Positions 52,601 to 64,000 of a stretch of 64,000 bases of DNA are shown here, in pieces. Where the stretch lies: the NCBI GenBank assembly GCA_040954595.2, contig CM082581.2:3588699-3652698 (forward strand), read 5' to 3'. The DNA is from Balanoglossus misakiensis. Its lineage: Eukaryota; Animalia; Hemichordata. Position numbers and translations under genes: made by a program. Position 1 is the first letter of the stretch, and each line of letters opens with the position of its first letter. Below the pieces are notes generated by a model that worked only from the letters and a program-made list of their open reading frames with translations, did not search any database and was not told where the DNA came from.

Positions 52601-54599
52601 TTACGGACACTACTGCTTTGTTTCAACTAATCCTTAGCCCTGTGAATATACTCGTACATTGACCTTTTGGGGCGGGATTCTTTTTTGGCGCGCAACCACT
52701 AGTACCAGGCCGCAGACCAGGAACTTATTTGGAAACTTTTAAACAAATCATACGCCACCGTCTTGATGACTGGCCCCTATTTTAATAATGGTTTCGTCGT
52801 TTCGCTGTTTCGTTGTTTCGCAAAGTATAACTAGCCTCTACTGAGTGACGCATGTCCGTATACAGACTTTGAAGTGAAGAGGGCGCATTAGACCAGCATA
52901 CCAAAACATAGACTCTCTCACAGCCCCTCTCGCTGTCCATGCAGGCTTATGGACTGATTGCATGTGTGCCCGGCGAGAGGTTCGCTACACAACACCAAAC
53001 GGTGCTTCTCCCTTGCCAAACAGTCAGTGAAGAGCCTTGTTGTAGCGAACCGTGGGCTGTGAGAGAGTCTAACCAAAACAGAGACTAAACTTTTGAGTTT
53101 TTAGACACAACAGACACAGACAATTATCCCCAGTGTTTATGGAATATAAATACACATGTAGTACATCTGAAACATTGTCATGTCTGAACATGACTGATGA
53201 TAGTTGATGGCTCTTGAATTATAGTGATGCATACTGCATTCATTCATCTCACTTTAATGTCTCACGTATACTAAGAATGTTCTTATGATACGACATGAAT
53301 GTTGATGCAATATCATATGGTGTCTTACAGATTGGTGATTTTGGAATCCTGTTGAGGTCAGGGTTCAATCGATATGCAGCTGCAAAAGCGCAAGTTTTGA
53401 CTGCTACGGGAGGTGTAGTTGGAGCTGTTGTGACACTACTAGCAGAATCTGCTAAAGGAGCTGGTACGTCTTCATTTGGAGCAAGAGATAGTTGAATACT
53501 GTAAAACGGGTTATTTACGCGGGCAATAAATTTTTCGGGAAATACGCGAGAGCCAAAAAAACGTGTGAATATAAAGTCACGTAAAATGGTTTTCGGAGAT
53601 ATCGATGCAGTTAGTGAAATTCGAGAATGCGATAATTAATCCTCGCGTAACAGTTGCCTCTCTTGATATCACAAAAATTTCCTGTCGCGAAAATAACCCG
53701 TTTTACAGTATTTAATGTATACAATTGGCAAAATTAGGAATTCAAATAGTGAACAGTAAATGTATCATCAGAGTTTTGTATCTTTCGGTGCCAGGGTCCA
53801 CTGAACCTCTTCTGAAAGCAATACAAATCCATTTTAATATCGATGTTTTTAGAATGTGATGAATGCATTTTGAAAATGAAAATATCAGCACTTTGTTTTG
53901 ACTGAGTGTTTGACAAAATGGCATTATTATTTTTCTACATTTTTAGGAGATAGCACAGTTGGAGTGTTGCCATTTACTGCTGGAGGCTTTATTTACATTG
54001 CATTAGTCACCGTAGTGCCCGATTTACTCAAAGAGACCAATCCTATGTAAGTACTGTGGAAGAAGAATAAAGCATTTTATGTCTGATATACTGTAAAATG
54101 GGGAATTTTCGCAAACTTCACAAGAGCCCCAAAAAACATGAAAATAAAAGTTGCGAACAAATAGTCGTGAAAGAACAATGGGTGATTTACATCGTAAAAT
54201 GTAACACACCCACTCAGCTCTGTTCACAATCTGGCAAACAGACAAACACACGCATGCATTAAAATGGCTGCAGTTGCATGATTTTGCTAAACATTGCATA
54301 ATTTGTGTGAACATCGTGGTTTTTGGCCAAGAATCTTGCGACAAATAAACGTACAACAGAATTTTTGGAAAATTTTTGTTTATACAGTTAAAAAGTCACT
54401 TCTTCAAAATGTACAGCACTGTTGTGAAAAATGTGCTAAGACATGAGTGATTAATAGTTGGTCTGTTATTTCTGAGTTACTTGGGTTTTAACATCATACT
54501 TTTATTTTCCTTCTCCTCAACAGAGAATCTCTGAAACAAACTATTTGCCTTTGTGGAGGCATTGCTGTGATGGGACTGGTCACATTGATTGTTGATTGA
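37642..54599 (+). CDS. SLC39A13: Zinc transporter ZIP13-like (SLC39A13, LIV-1 subfamily), 400 aa; exons 37642-37930, 47438-47539, 48321-48445, 48635-48871, 49348-49437, 51504-51554, 53331-53463, 53947-54046, 54524-54599
   Basis: ATG in Kozak-like context (gacATGG) and a signal peptide. Motifs [78 protein letters not shown] (HEXPHEXGD) and [14 protein letters not shown]. Exons sum to 1203 nt, open frame, stop TGA at 54597-54599. The His-poor N-terminus favours ZIP13 over ZIP7. Confidence 0.93.
40217..40559. mobile_element. Kolobok-like non-autonomous element with TTAA TSD
   Basis: ttaa|agggacataagctgtagc ... gttacagctaatggagct|ttaa. Homologous to 4727-5037. Confidence 0.65.
44821..46158 (+). 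mobile_element. Hairpin/ICR element family A, two head-to-tail copies (period about 662 bp)
   Basis: Units start at 44821 and 45483 and are nearly identical. Each opens with a 35-bp perfect stem (44826-44860 / 44935-44969) plus inner stems, followed by attattatacacct, which is complementary to the unit end aggtgtataataat. Confidence 0.9.
50227..50576. mobile_element. 350-bp TAG..CTA MITE with TIRs of about 62 bp and 9-bp TSD (AcademH-like)
   Basis: gtttgggtc|tagtctgggaccctgccccaatcccacc ... ggtgggattggggcagggaaccagacta|gtttgggtc. Confidence 0.85.
52095..52836. mobile_element. 742-bp Mutator (MULE)-like non-autonomous element with GG..CC termini, TIRs of about 95 bp and 9-bp TSD
   Basis: tctactgag|ggctagttatactttgcgaaac ... 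gtttcgcaaagtataactagcc|tctactgag. A second inner IR is ttcctggtctgcggcctggtacta / tagtaccaggccgcagaccaggaa. Confidence 0.85.
52909..53071. mobile_element. 163-bp TAG..CTA MITE with 18-bp TIR and 9-bp TSD (AcademH-like)
   Basis: accaaaaca|tagactctctcacagccc ... gggctgtgagagagtcta|accaaaaca. Confidence 0.85.
53499..53708. mobile_element. Well-preserved copy of the CTGTAAAA..TTTTACAG MITE family in ZIP13 intron 7
   Basis: ta|ctgtaaaacgggttattt ... aaataacccgttttacag|ta: 18-bp perfect TIR with TA TSD. Confidence 0.8.
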
Positions 54600-54798
54600 G
54601 GAACAACAAGCTGAAGCTATATGCCTTATGAGTTCCCAAGGATGAAACGAAAGAAAGTACAAGTCTGTCTATATATTATATATATTGTCTAGAACATGAG
54701 AGGAACTGTTAATCATTGATATTTGATGATTGTAATGAAACTAAATGAAAGTGTCTGTAAAGACTAACATAATCAGGACAACTTTCTCATCCACATTA

Positions 54799-55083
54799 GG
54801 CCCCCCAAAATAATATGTGCTGTTCTGATTACATGGTTTTCAAAAATAGGGAAGGTAGGTAGAGAACATTTTTTACTTGGCAATTATTTTTATATCTTCG
54901 GCCGCCGAAGTGTAGAAGAATGACGTCATAGTTCTTGCGTGATTCTCACAATTTTCATAAATTTTGCATTTTTGACATTTTTATCTTTACTTCTGGTTTA
55001 CTAAGCTCTAAAAGTTTAGGGTTGGCGGGCTAAAATTAGGGTAGATCGGGTAATCGGAACAGCACATATTTTTTTATTTGACC
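54799..55083. mobile_element. PIF/Harbinger-like MITE (TTA TSD, GG..CC termini) in the putative ZIP13 3' UTR
   Basis: tta|ggcc..aatatgtgctgttctgattac ... gtaatcggaacagcacatatt..gacc|tta. Confidence 0.65.
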
Positions 55084-57467
55084 TTAGATGTGATAGCAGA
55101 TAGTGGACATAAGCTGCATATATACCAGTACTGGTAGTTGGCAGTTTCAAGTGATCTGATGCATGTTCTTGACAAAATTCACAAATCCTCAAACATATTT
55201 ACATAAACTTTACTATCAGATAGGAGAATTTAATGAAAGTTTTTATTGCACTATATAAGATTCTAATTTTTTATTCCTACCTGTAGTTTTGTTGTTGATA
55301 GATTTAATTTTCAACCACTTTGGTGGAGACATTTTCTGACCTAAAACATGTACATGACTCAAACTCACAATCATTAATTTTTTTTAACTTTGTTGTTAGT
55401 GATATGGAGCTTATTAGATAAATAGAGGTTGCAATGTTCCCTCGAGGAATATCCATTTAGATAGATACCTCATTTTCAATGCAATGGTTTTCACAATGGG
55501 TTTTACTACATAACCAAAATTGAAGATTATCAGCCAATACTTTTAAAACTGAAGGGAAAACAGGGGATTGAATTTTTGTCTTCCATCTCTCCATTTCCCT
55601 CCATCTTTTGCAGCTTCTCACAAAATGCATGTGCAATTTACTGTTAAACACTTTATTTTTGCGAGCAATAAATTTTCGCCAAATACATGATAGCCAAAAT
55701 AGCGTGAAAATAAAAAGTCACGTAATTTTTTTTTGAAGATAACGATGCAGTGAATGAAATAAGAGAACGCGAAAATTAATACTCGCGAAACAGTGGCCTC
55801 TCTCGATATCGCGAAAATTTCAACTCACGAAAATAAAGTGTTTTACAGTATTTCATGAAAGAACTTTGTTTCACTCTATTCTCAAAATGAAATTATCAGT
55901 TACTAATAAAACTCAATAAATGTGATTTTACATATTTTTATTACCTGTTTGAATGAATAGTATCTCGGTATTAAAATCATGAATACATAAATATTGCCAT
56001 TTGTGGATTGACCATTTTACATAAAGCACATTTCCTAAGTGAAAAAACAACAACATTCTGTTGATATAAAATGTTTGCTGTGTTTAAAATTTAAAATTAT
56101 AATATTCAGGCGGTGCAGTGTATCTTTGTCCCATTGGTAGTTTTCTTACATTGTTTACCCAAAATGAAATGTAAAAATATTTTTCTGTTTCACTTGTAAC
56201 TCATTTATCCAAGTAAAACATGCTTGCCGGCAGTGCTTTATAAATGTGCTTTATTTTTTAATCATTAAGAAACATTTTTAATGTTGATGTATTCTAAGCT
56301 ATGCCAGGTAGCAAACAAACCATATTTACAATTGCAGAAGACATCAAATGGGAAACTTCCATTCTCATTGTGGAGTTGATAATATTCAATTATGTCATCA
56401 CATCTTGATAAAAATTGGGCAGTTTTGATTCCAATTGCTGTTAAATTTGATACACACTAAGGATTTTTGGAAATTAAGGTAAAATCTACTATTTTGTATA
56501 ACGAGAGCTATCTTTTGTAATTTGTGGTCATTGGGAAAGTAGTTGGAAACATTAGGATGTTTCTAGTCAGTAAACTGGAAATTTGCATATTTAATGAACT
56601 TTTGTAATTGGGGCTACTATGTCTAAAATTACTGCACCAAATTTGAGCAAGATATTGCTCTAATAAAGATATCTGACTGTAGTGACATGTTCAGCAGTGT
56701 CATAGTGAGGAACTTCTATTTTGCATATGTAGCAACTTGTATAGTATAAAGTACTAATACATGAAATGTAATGAAACTTGCACAGTTGTATTTTGGTGGA
56801 AAATGTCCAAAATTGCACCGCACCAAATTATACCTTGCTGCAAATAATGCTCACAGATATTTACGTTTATTGATAACTTTTAGCAGTCAAATAAATTACT
56901 AATTTGCATAAATCCAGTTATGTATACAATCACGTGTGAAATTTTGAGATTATTCAGATGTTAAAGAACAGACATATTTTCCTTTCCCTTTTTGAAAAGG
57001 GGACGTATATAAACCTAAATTTCTGTTTTCCTCATACTCAGACTCATAAGCCAAATAAATGCAACTAGACTGCCTGAATGCATAACTTGAGGCCTGCTGC
57101 TCTTGGAAGCAGCCATATTGCTGATCACAAGCTTGACAATATACTCTTCATGGTGGACCGTTTATGACCCCTTCTTGTAGCACAGTGCTGCCAGTGGTTG
57201 AAACGGGGAAGGGGACAAGACAACCATGTGGTCTCATGTCAGCCGTGATTATTTGCACAGCAATGCACAATGGAGACCAGAGCTCCAAACTAAAAAAGAA
57301 AAAGAAAATAGTTGCATGCATGATTGTTAATTGTTTTGATTCATTCAAAATTGCCAGAAGGGTCTTGGCATAATTGACACAAGCAACAAACATTTAAAAG
57401 GAAGCTTATAAAATGAACTGTAAATTGGTATATTATTGACAGTCTCAGTGACTGCCAATAGAGTTTA

Positions 57468-57473
57468 AATAAA
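57468..57473 (+). promoter_or_regulatory. Candidate polyadenylation signal of ZIP13-like gene
   Basis: AATAAA followed about 20 nt later by a strong GU-rich element (tttttgtgtgtttctt). Confidence 0.35.
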
Positions 57474-60100
57474 AAATACTTCAAACATAGACATTTTTGT
57501 GTGTTTCTTATTTAAACTGTTGTTATTGTCCCCCGCCAAATGGCTTGGTCAGTTTTCTGTGTTGACATAAGCTTATAACAAGAAATGAACAGTCTATTGA
57601 AGTACATTAATCCTGTTTTAATTACACAAAATCTTCTTTGAAAGGATATGAATAAGTCAATCTGCATATATTGCCAAAAATGCAATGATGTAAATCATGT
57701 TGAAAACTGCAACTTTTATGGTGGGTTGATTTGGTCTGGTAATAGTAAAAAACCATCAGATTCGGCTTGTTCGGTTGTTTTGAAATGCAGCATGCAAGGT
57801 CGATCTGAGTGAGATGTGTTCAAATTGTGATGAGGGTAGCAGGTTTCCATGTGCATAAAATAAAGATGCCTTTTTATCGTACAGACAACACTAAAAATTA
57901 TGTGGAGAAGCTGACATTTTTATTAGACTTATTCTATTTAAGTTCCACGAACAAATGCCAAATTTCACATGCCACCATTCTATGTTTCAGATTCCCATTG
58001 TTGAGTTACTATACTGACAGTTCACCATGGAGGTGGGGGTGGGGAGTGGGGTATGGGATCTGGAAAATTTTTGAGAAAACAAAAGATTCCCAGCAAATGT
58101 CAATGAAAAAAAAAATTCAGCCAGAGACAGCTTGAAAAATAAAAAAAGTTGGTGCACTTTTTGTGAAAGAAAAAAAATCCATCAAAAGTTACTTTCTGAA
58201 ACACATTTATTCATTTTCCAAGTCCCTTTGGGTGCAAACTGTGTCACATATCCATCACAAAATCCATCACAAGTTACTGTGTATATTCTTGTGTAGAACA
58301 TACAGTATATTCAAGATTCAACATCAACCACAATTAATACATGATTTTCAAAAGCTATCAACTTTTTGTTTCAAATTACATTAGGTCACCTGGAGACAAG
58401 GTGAAAGATGTCTTTAAAAATATATTGTTTATAATTGTTCAATTCTAAATTCAGCTGATTGTCTTCAAAATTTTCATTTCAGATGTTAAATAGGTACTTT
58501 GAATGAAGATAAATATCATGTGCATTTATTTTATCACCAGTGTACAAAAATAGTGAATCATAACTTTAATAGTCATTTTACTGGTGCATGGGTGGACATC
58601 CAGTTCACATATGGTAGCCTACTTGGTTTTCCCTTTCAAAAACACCCCCTACAAGAAGCTAAATAGATATTTACCAACCCCAAAATGCAATAAAATAAAT
58701 TGAAACAGTATGCATGGCCATAAAGTTCTGTTATTTATTGACCAAAACGAAGAAACATTTCCCATGAACACGTAGCACAGACTACATTTGTTGTCAACAC
58801 AAACTCTAGGTTAACTTTCGATAAAACTTCTATAATAGACATGTAAGCACGAAGGCTATGTTCTAGACATAGTCGGTAGAGTAATTGACTTTTCAGAGCC
58901 CTCTGACTCAGAGCCCCTCAGAGCCCTCTGAAGTTTCAGAACCTCAGAACCCGGACCTCAGAATTCTTGTTGACCTCAGGTATAATCCCAAAATTTACCG
59001 TGTATAATTAAATATAACGATTACAAATAGGTGTAATGTTGCCAAAATTACTCCCGCTGCCTATTACCCGCCATATTTGTTTTCGGATTCCGATTCACTA
59101 GTAACGCGTTACTTTTCTTTTTTTGCTTGCATTTCATTACAAATATAAACGTATTTTGTAGCACACGACAAAATAAATCGCAAGAAGAAACACCAAAAGA
59201 AGAGAATTTGGAAATCAATTCAATACTTAATGTGATATTGCACAAAACCGTCAAGACTTTTTCAGAGGCCTATTTCTCTTCAAAGACAATATTAAAACCC
59301 CTATAAACCATACATATTCTGGAAGATGAGTTTTTGAACTTTTATTTGAGTTGCACATTTCATTGACCCCCGTTTTGGGGTTAAAAAAAACATTTTATTG
59401 ATATTATGTCATTCAATTGAAATTAGGTAAAACGGTTGACCATGCATCATGCATCTTAGTATGTCATTCGAAACTAGAGTACACATGCAAAAAAACGAAA
59501 ATTTAGTTTAGCGTTATCTGCTTCCATTGAGGAGTAACAGTGTTTGCAAGTTAGATTTTTAGAAAATTTGATCAAATTCACAATGAGTTGTATCAGATTT
59601 TATTCCCGCCAAGGACACTTTATCGACTAAAAAAATTTGTTTTGTTAGATGGGTCATACACAATCCCCTGTTAAAATTTGAGCAAATTCGGCCAACGTAG
59701 AGCGAAGGTAAATTCTTCTGAAGTTGTCAAGAGCAGCAAAAATGCAAACTGAGAAAAACAGCCATTTGCATTGTTGACACCTATTTGTTAAGCTGTGAAC
59801 TCATTCAGAAAAGTGCTACTTTTGGGTGATTATGCACCATTTCCGCCAAGACGCATTTGTCAGAATGTGGATCAGTATTAGACCTACCGATTTATGTAAA
59901 AAAAGTAAATTTGGCAAAAATCACAACTTTTCATGCAATGCCACCTTAAACGGAGAACGTTGACGACTCTCACGGTCCAATAACTACAAAGTTGGAGATC
60001 ATAAATAGGTTAATTCTTGTGTCCCTGCTGCATGGATTTGTACCTTTGAGAATTATTCTTGCCTCATTTCTGCATAGAGAAAAGCCTTGCATCTTTGTGG

Positions 60101-60985
60101 CTACTTTGCGGCAAGCTCTTGTGTCCTTATTGCAGGGATTACCACCTCTACTGCAGAGCCACATTTAGTTGCGACCTGCCTCTGCTGCAGAGACACTCTC
60201 TGCGAGAACACCACAGCGTGTCTGCAAGAGCACCACAATGCCTTCACAGCAGAACTGCTGCAGAGCTGCTGCTTTGTTGGCATTTTTGTAAGGGAGCTAC
60301 CACCATCATGGACTGCTTGATCTTGCTCTTCCTCTTTTACAGGTTTGTACCACATTACAGTTAAAGGGGAACCTTCTAACACATGATTTCCATGATTAAT
60401 AACCCGCTCTGCAACTGAAATGAACAAGGTCCAATGTAAAATTAAGTGCAGGAAGTTTGTGTGTGCTGGTACGAGAACCTTGCTACATTTGCATCATGAC
60501 GCCCCCTGAACTTTTCTACATAGCCGGGTCGAAAGGGATAACTTACAAAGACTCAAGTTTCTACTGCTGAAAGCTAAACTCCAATTTCAATGCAACAAAT
60601 GTTTGGAATCATGGTGTATTTCATGAAATACTGGCAAATAATGCAAATTGTGGAGTATTTCAAAATTGAAGTTTGGGAGAGGTTATTTAAGTTGACAATG
60701 TGCTTTTTAATATTTTCCCCATCATTAATATCATAATTAGATTTTTTCTAAAATATTAGAGTCACAGTATTAACTGGCAGAAAAACTCAAGAACAATGAA
60801 TAAACTTGTTTTTGATATGGTCAAGTTTCTGACAGAATGTGCATCATGCATTTTATAAATATTTGTCCATACATGTATAACTTTAAATGTATGGGTCATT
60901 GTTGCATTGGGAAAAATGTATATCTTACCTTCTGCCGTCTCAAATGTAACAATGACATATCCAATGCAATATGCTGAATGTCGCT
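60101..60985 (-). pseudogene. Orphan two-exon fragment encoding a PARP14/PARP10-type RRM end (YVIVTFETAE|VAERVINHGNHVLEGSPLTV); probably a decayed paralogue
   Basis: Donor GAAG|gtaaga at 60929 and acceptor tttcag|TT at 60414 join in frame (G+TT = Val). The frame is closed upstream by a TAA and downstream by TAG at 60101, with further in-frame stops beyond. Confidence 0.5.
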
Positions 60986-62020
60986 GACATTTTAAAATGT
61001 TTTAACCGAAAGAGTACTTTTAAAATACATGATTTCATTCATTTGGCAAATGAGCAAATTGATATACATATAGTTGATCATTACATGTTTAGCAGGAGGT
61101 ATCATAGACAATACACAGAAGGAAACTGCAAACCAAACCCCACTATAGAAATGCACAGTGACTGTACAATATAGAAAGGCTGAATTTTGCTAACACTTTT
61201 TTACCGCATGATAAATCATGCACTGTGACCATGCACTGATCAAGACACTAACATGATACCACCAAGCTCAAACTGAGAGTCCCAAGATATGATTAACTTT
61301 CATGCTATACTTGTTTGCAAACTCAATCCCTTACAATGATTGTCAATTCTTGATAATTTTCATATGCATTATATTCCATACAAATAGCTGTCAAATTTAT
61401 AATTACGGTACATATAGGAAGAATTCATTTTAAAACTCTATGTCATTAAATGAAACAATTGTTCTAAAACTTCACATCAAGCTGCTAAGCCACTGATATA
61501 GCCAAAGTGTGATACATATTTTTGATACAAGAGGATGATTAATGCAATTTAAAAATATCTTTGTCTTTATCGTTCAGGAATATTAGTGCAAATGTCATTG
61601 TGAGATATGCTACTGATTAAAAGTTCATGAGGATTTAATAAAAGCAACCATCAGAAGTTAATGGACATTAGTTCATGTATGACAAATTTCAGGCACTGAT
61701 CAATGAAAAATGGTGAAAAGATCACCACCTAAGTTTACATCATCCCCAAGCTACCTAATACCAATGCTGAAGTGAAAGCTGTTAAACAACAAAAATACAA
61801 CTGAAAAAGGTTACCTGTGATAAATGGCCTGTAGCCACTAGAATTAGAGAAGCCATGGCTTGCATGCCTTAAAAATTACAATTACAATACAGAGCACATT
61901 TCATCATTGTCAGCAACACAAAGTTAAAATTGACAAATTGCACATAATAAGCATAAGCAATAAGGTAAAAATAAAAATCCCGTCAAGGACACAGTGGTCC
62001 CATTGAGGGATTACACAAGA

Positions 62021-62229
62021 AAAAGTCTACACCGGAGTACATGGCCATATACAGACAGACAGACACACACACACATACATGTAGCGAGAGATCAATGGGC
62101 AAGCACTGACTGACCCATAAGCTGCCAAAAAGTCTACACCGGAGTACATGGCCATATACAGACAGACACACACACACACACATAGCGAGAGATCAATCGG
62201 CAAACACTGACTGACCCATAAGCTGCCAA
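62021..62229. repeat. Tandem duplication of a unit of about 105 bp containing (CAGA)/(CA)n; probably HINE-like element ends
   Basis: aaaagtctacaccggagtacatggccatatacagacagac..agcgagagatcaat..cactgactgacccataagctgccaa occurs twice. Confidence 0.75.
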
Positions 62230-62329
62230 TGGCATAACAGCTGGCCTCTTTAAAACTTAGCCAGTTATGTAATCATTCAGGAATTTGCTGTGTAAATCAA
62301 TCACACCAGGGCACTTCCTGCCTAATTAA

Positions 62330-62650
62330 AACAACTCAATAAAGTAAATACACACCACTTTGCAAAGCAATCTGACCAGTAGTTCTTGAGTTACTGAGTT
62401 TTGACCAAATTCACATTTTTCCAGCTAATTTGCATATGTTTGGCAATGACAACTTCATTTGAACAAACTCCCATCTACAGCCCAGCCTGCATCTGCACAC
62501 CAAATATCAAGGTGATACACGCAGCGGTTTTCAAGTTTTTGATGTGGACGGACATACAGACATACATCCATCCACCCATACATACATACATACAACAGAC
62601 GCAACCGATCCCATAAGGTCCCATGGTCTATACCATTGGGACCTAAAAAC
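62330..62650 (-). mobile_element. HINE/pearl-like element with (ACAT)n microsatellite and terminal IR; related inverted copy near 7795-8070
   Basis: Terminal IR aggtccca..tgggacct-aaaaa. The core cagcctgcatctgcacaccaaatatcaaggtgata..gcagc matches the reverse complement of about 7965-8025. Confidence 0.55.
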
Positions 62651-62982
62651 CGAAATGAAGTCAAGCATCACTCATTTTCGACATATAATTGAAAAATACA
62701 AGATCATGAATTTGAACAGCGAGACTGAGTTTTCATAATATATTGCTGATTATATAATCTGGTCATTAATTGTTCCTGGCTGGTTTTGTCTGCAGAACAA
62801 TGAAACATAAATTCTCCATCAACATTACCCACACTATAACATTTCAAACTGTTCCTGTTTACTTTGGTTAATACAACAAGAGACACTACAATGTGATTGC
62901 ATTACCTCAAATGGTGCGAATATTTTCAAGCTAACAAAATTTCTAAATACATGTAGCACCATGGAAGTATAGACTTTGTTAT

Positions 62983-63269
62983 TTATTGAAATACAATGAG
63001 ATACTCTGGGTAAGCCATTGCATCATTGAAGACGACAAATATCGATGGATTTTGTACGTTGTCCGTGACACTGTCATAGCAGTCAGTCGGATCATTTGGA
63101 TTCTTGGATGGTGGTACCAACATGGTCTGAGCCCCTCTTGCAAACTCTCCTGTCAGAACTTTTGCCTGGTACATATATTTCTTGCCACTACTATCTGGTG
63201 GTGTGTATGTTGAGCTTGATGAATAGCTAGCATTCACAGCAAAGTAGCTTCCTACTCCATAATATGTAG
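62983..63269 (-). CDS. Final exon of a PARP14/PARP15-like mono-ADP-ribosyltransferase (C-terminal half of catalytic domain); upstream exons lie beyond the window
   Basis: Acceptor ttacag at 63270-63275, then (A)TYYGVGSYFAVNASYS...KYMYQAKVLTGEF...PPSKNP...YDSVTDNVQNPSIFVVFNDAMAYPEYLIVFQ*, the typical macro-PARP catalytic C-terminus. Ile (SIFV) sits at the third triad position instead of Glu. Confidence 0.88.
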
Positions 63270-63464
63270 CTGTAATTGAAAAGATGGAAGAATACATAAT
63301 TGTATGCACGTTATTTTCAGAATGCATGTAAAGAAAGTCAGCACATAAAAGGATGGTCTTATAAGACTGTCAACAGCCGCTCAATTGTGCCGTTGTGCAT
63401 AATATATATTTGTCTAAATTAAGTTGCTTCCATATATCACTAGGCACACATGACTGTTTAATAA

Positions 63465-63896
63465 AGGTATACGGTCACCTTAAATTTTGCAAATTTAGGT
63501 AAGGTTACCACGGATAATTGAGAATCTAGCCAATCACAGATTTTCAATGGGTGGCACAGGAGAAAAAAAAGAGTGCCTCGACTTGTCCTTGGAACACTCA
63601 GATACGCCATTTTAGCCATATATTAGACTAGCCCACTATTCTCTTGGTGATTTTTAAATCTCAATACTTTTTGTGTTTTCGGTGGTTTTTTGTCTTAATA
63701 AATAATTGCAATACTTTTTGCGTGCATGCTTGCCTTGAGCATGTTTTTGGTAATGAGGTGAGTTTCGAATTTGGGACTGAGCTTGTGGTTTCAGGTAGCG
63801 TCGACCAAGCCTACGCGTTCCCTACACATAATGAAGCCCATAGACTTGGAGCAAGTCTATAGCCATATATGAGCATGGAGGTGACTGTATATACCT
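63465..63896. mobile_element. Kolobok-like MITE (same family as 20060-20252) carrying a nested TAG..CTA insertion at 63624-63859
   Basis: Outer termini aggtatacggtcacct / aggtgactgtatatacct|ttaa. The nested element tagactagccc..gagcaagtcta is flanked by duplicated tagccatatat; the 20060 copy has a single agccatatat at this position. Confidence 0.75.
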
Positions 63897-64000
63897 TTAA
63901 GCTCAACTGAAGAACTTACATGTACCATTGTAGTACAGCTCACAACCTGTCAATTACTATACTGTATCGGAGCCCTTTTACCCTGGTTCTTTGAGGGTGC

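Noticed and set aside
63915-64000. Donor-like gtaagt on the - strand as a possible penultimate PARP exon
   Set aside because: The adjacent sequence does not encode the expected HGT...GFNRS..GKN segment.

Overview
AT-rich, intron-rich eukaryotic DNA. The gene families and repeat types suggest a marine invertebrate deuterostome such as a hemichordate or echinoderm; this is inference only. Four spliced genes were reconstructed by hand from GT-AG sites with consistent intron phases. (1) The last five coding exons of an HSPA12-type atypical Hsp70 (+, 10057-15406). (2) An 18-exon HELZ2-related UPF1-like SF1B helicase (-, 30925-19395) that appears to lack the RNB domain, has an unrecognised N-terminus, and has an unexplained frame break in exon 10. 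(3) A complete 9-exon ZIP13/SLC39A13-type zinc transporter (+, 37642-54599, 400 aa). (4) The final catalytic exon of a PARP14/15-type mono-ADP-ribosyltransferase (-, 63269-62983), followed by a decayed RRM-coding fragment. Introns and intergenic DNA contain many non-autonomous DNA transposons: TAG..CTA elements with 9-11 bp TSDs, and MULE-, Kolobok-, piggyBac-, Tc1/mariner-, Harbinger- and Helentron-like elements. There is also a 1.6 kb (CACT)n array. The most unusual signal is three sequence-unrelated short element families that share one architecture: a strand-specific hairpin with tandem G.A mismatches and a GNA/GNNA loop, an internal region complementary to the joined ends, ATAAT-rich ends, and tandem or abutting insertion. 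This suggests mobilisation through a folded ssDNA or circular intermediate.
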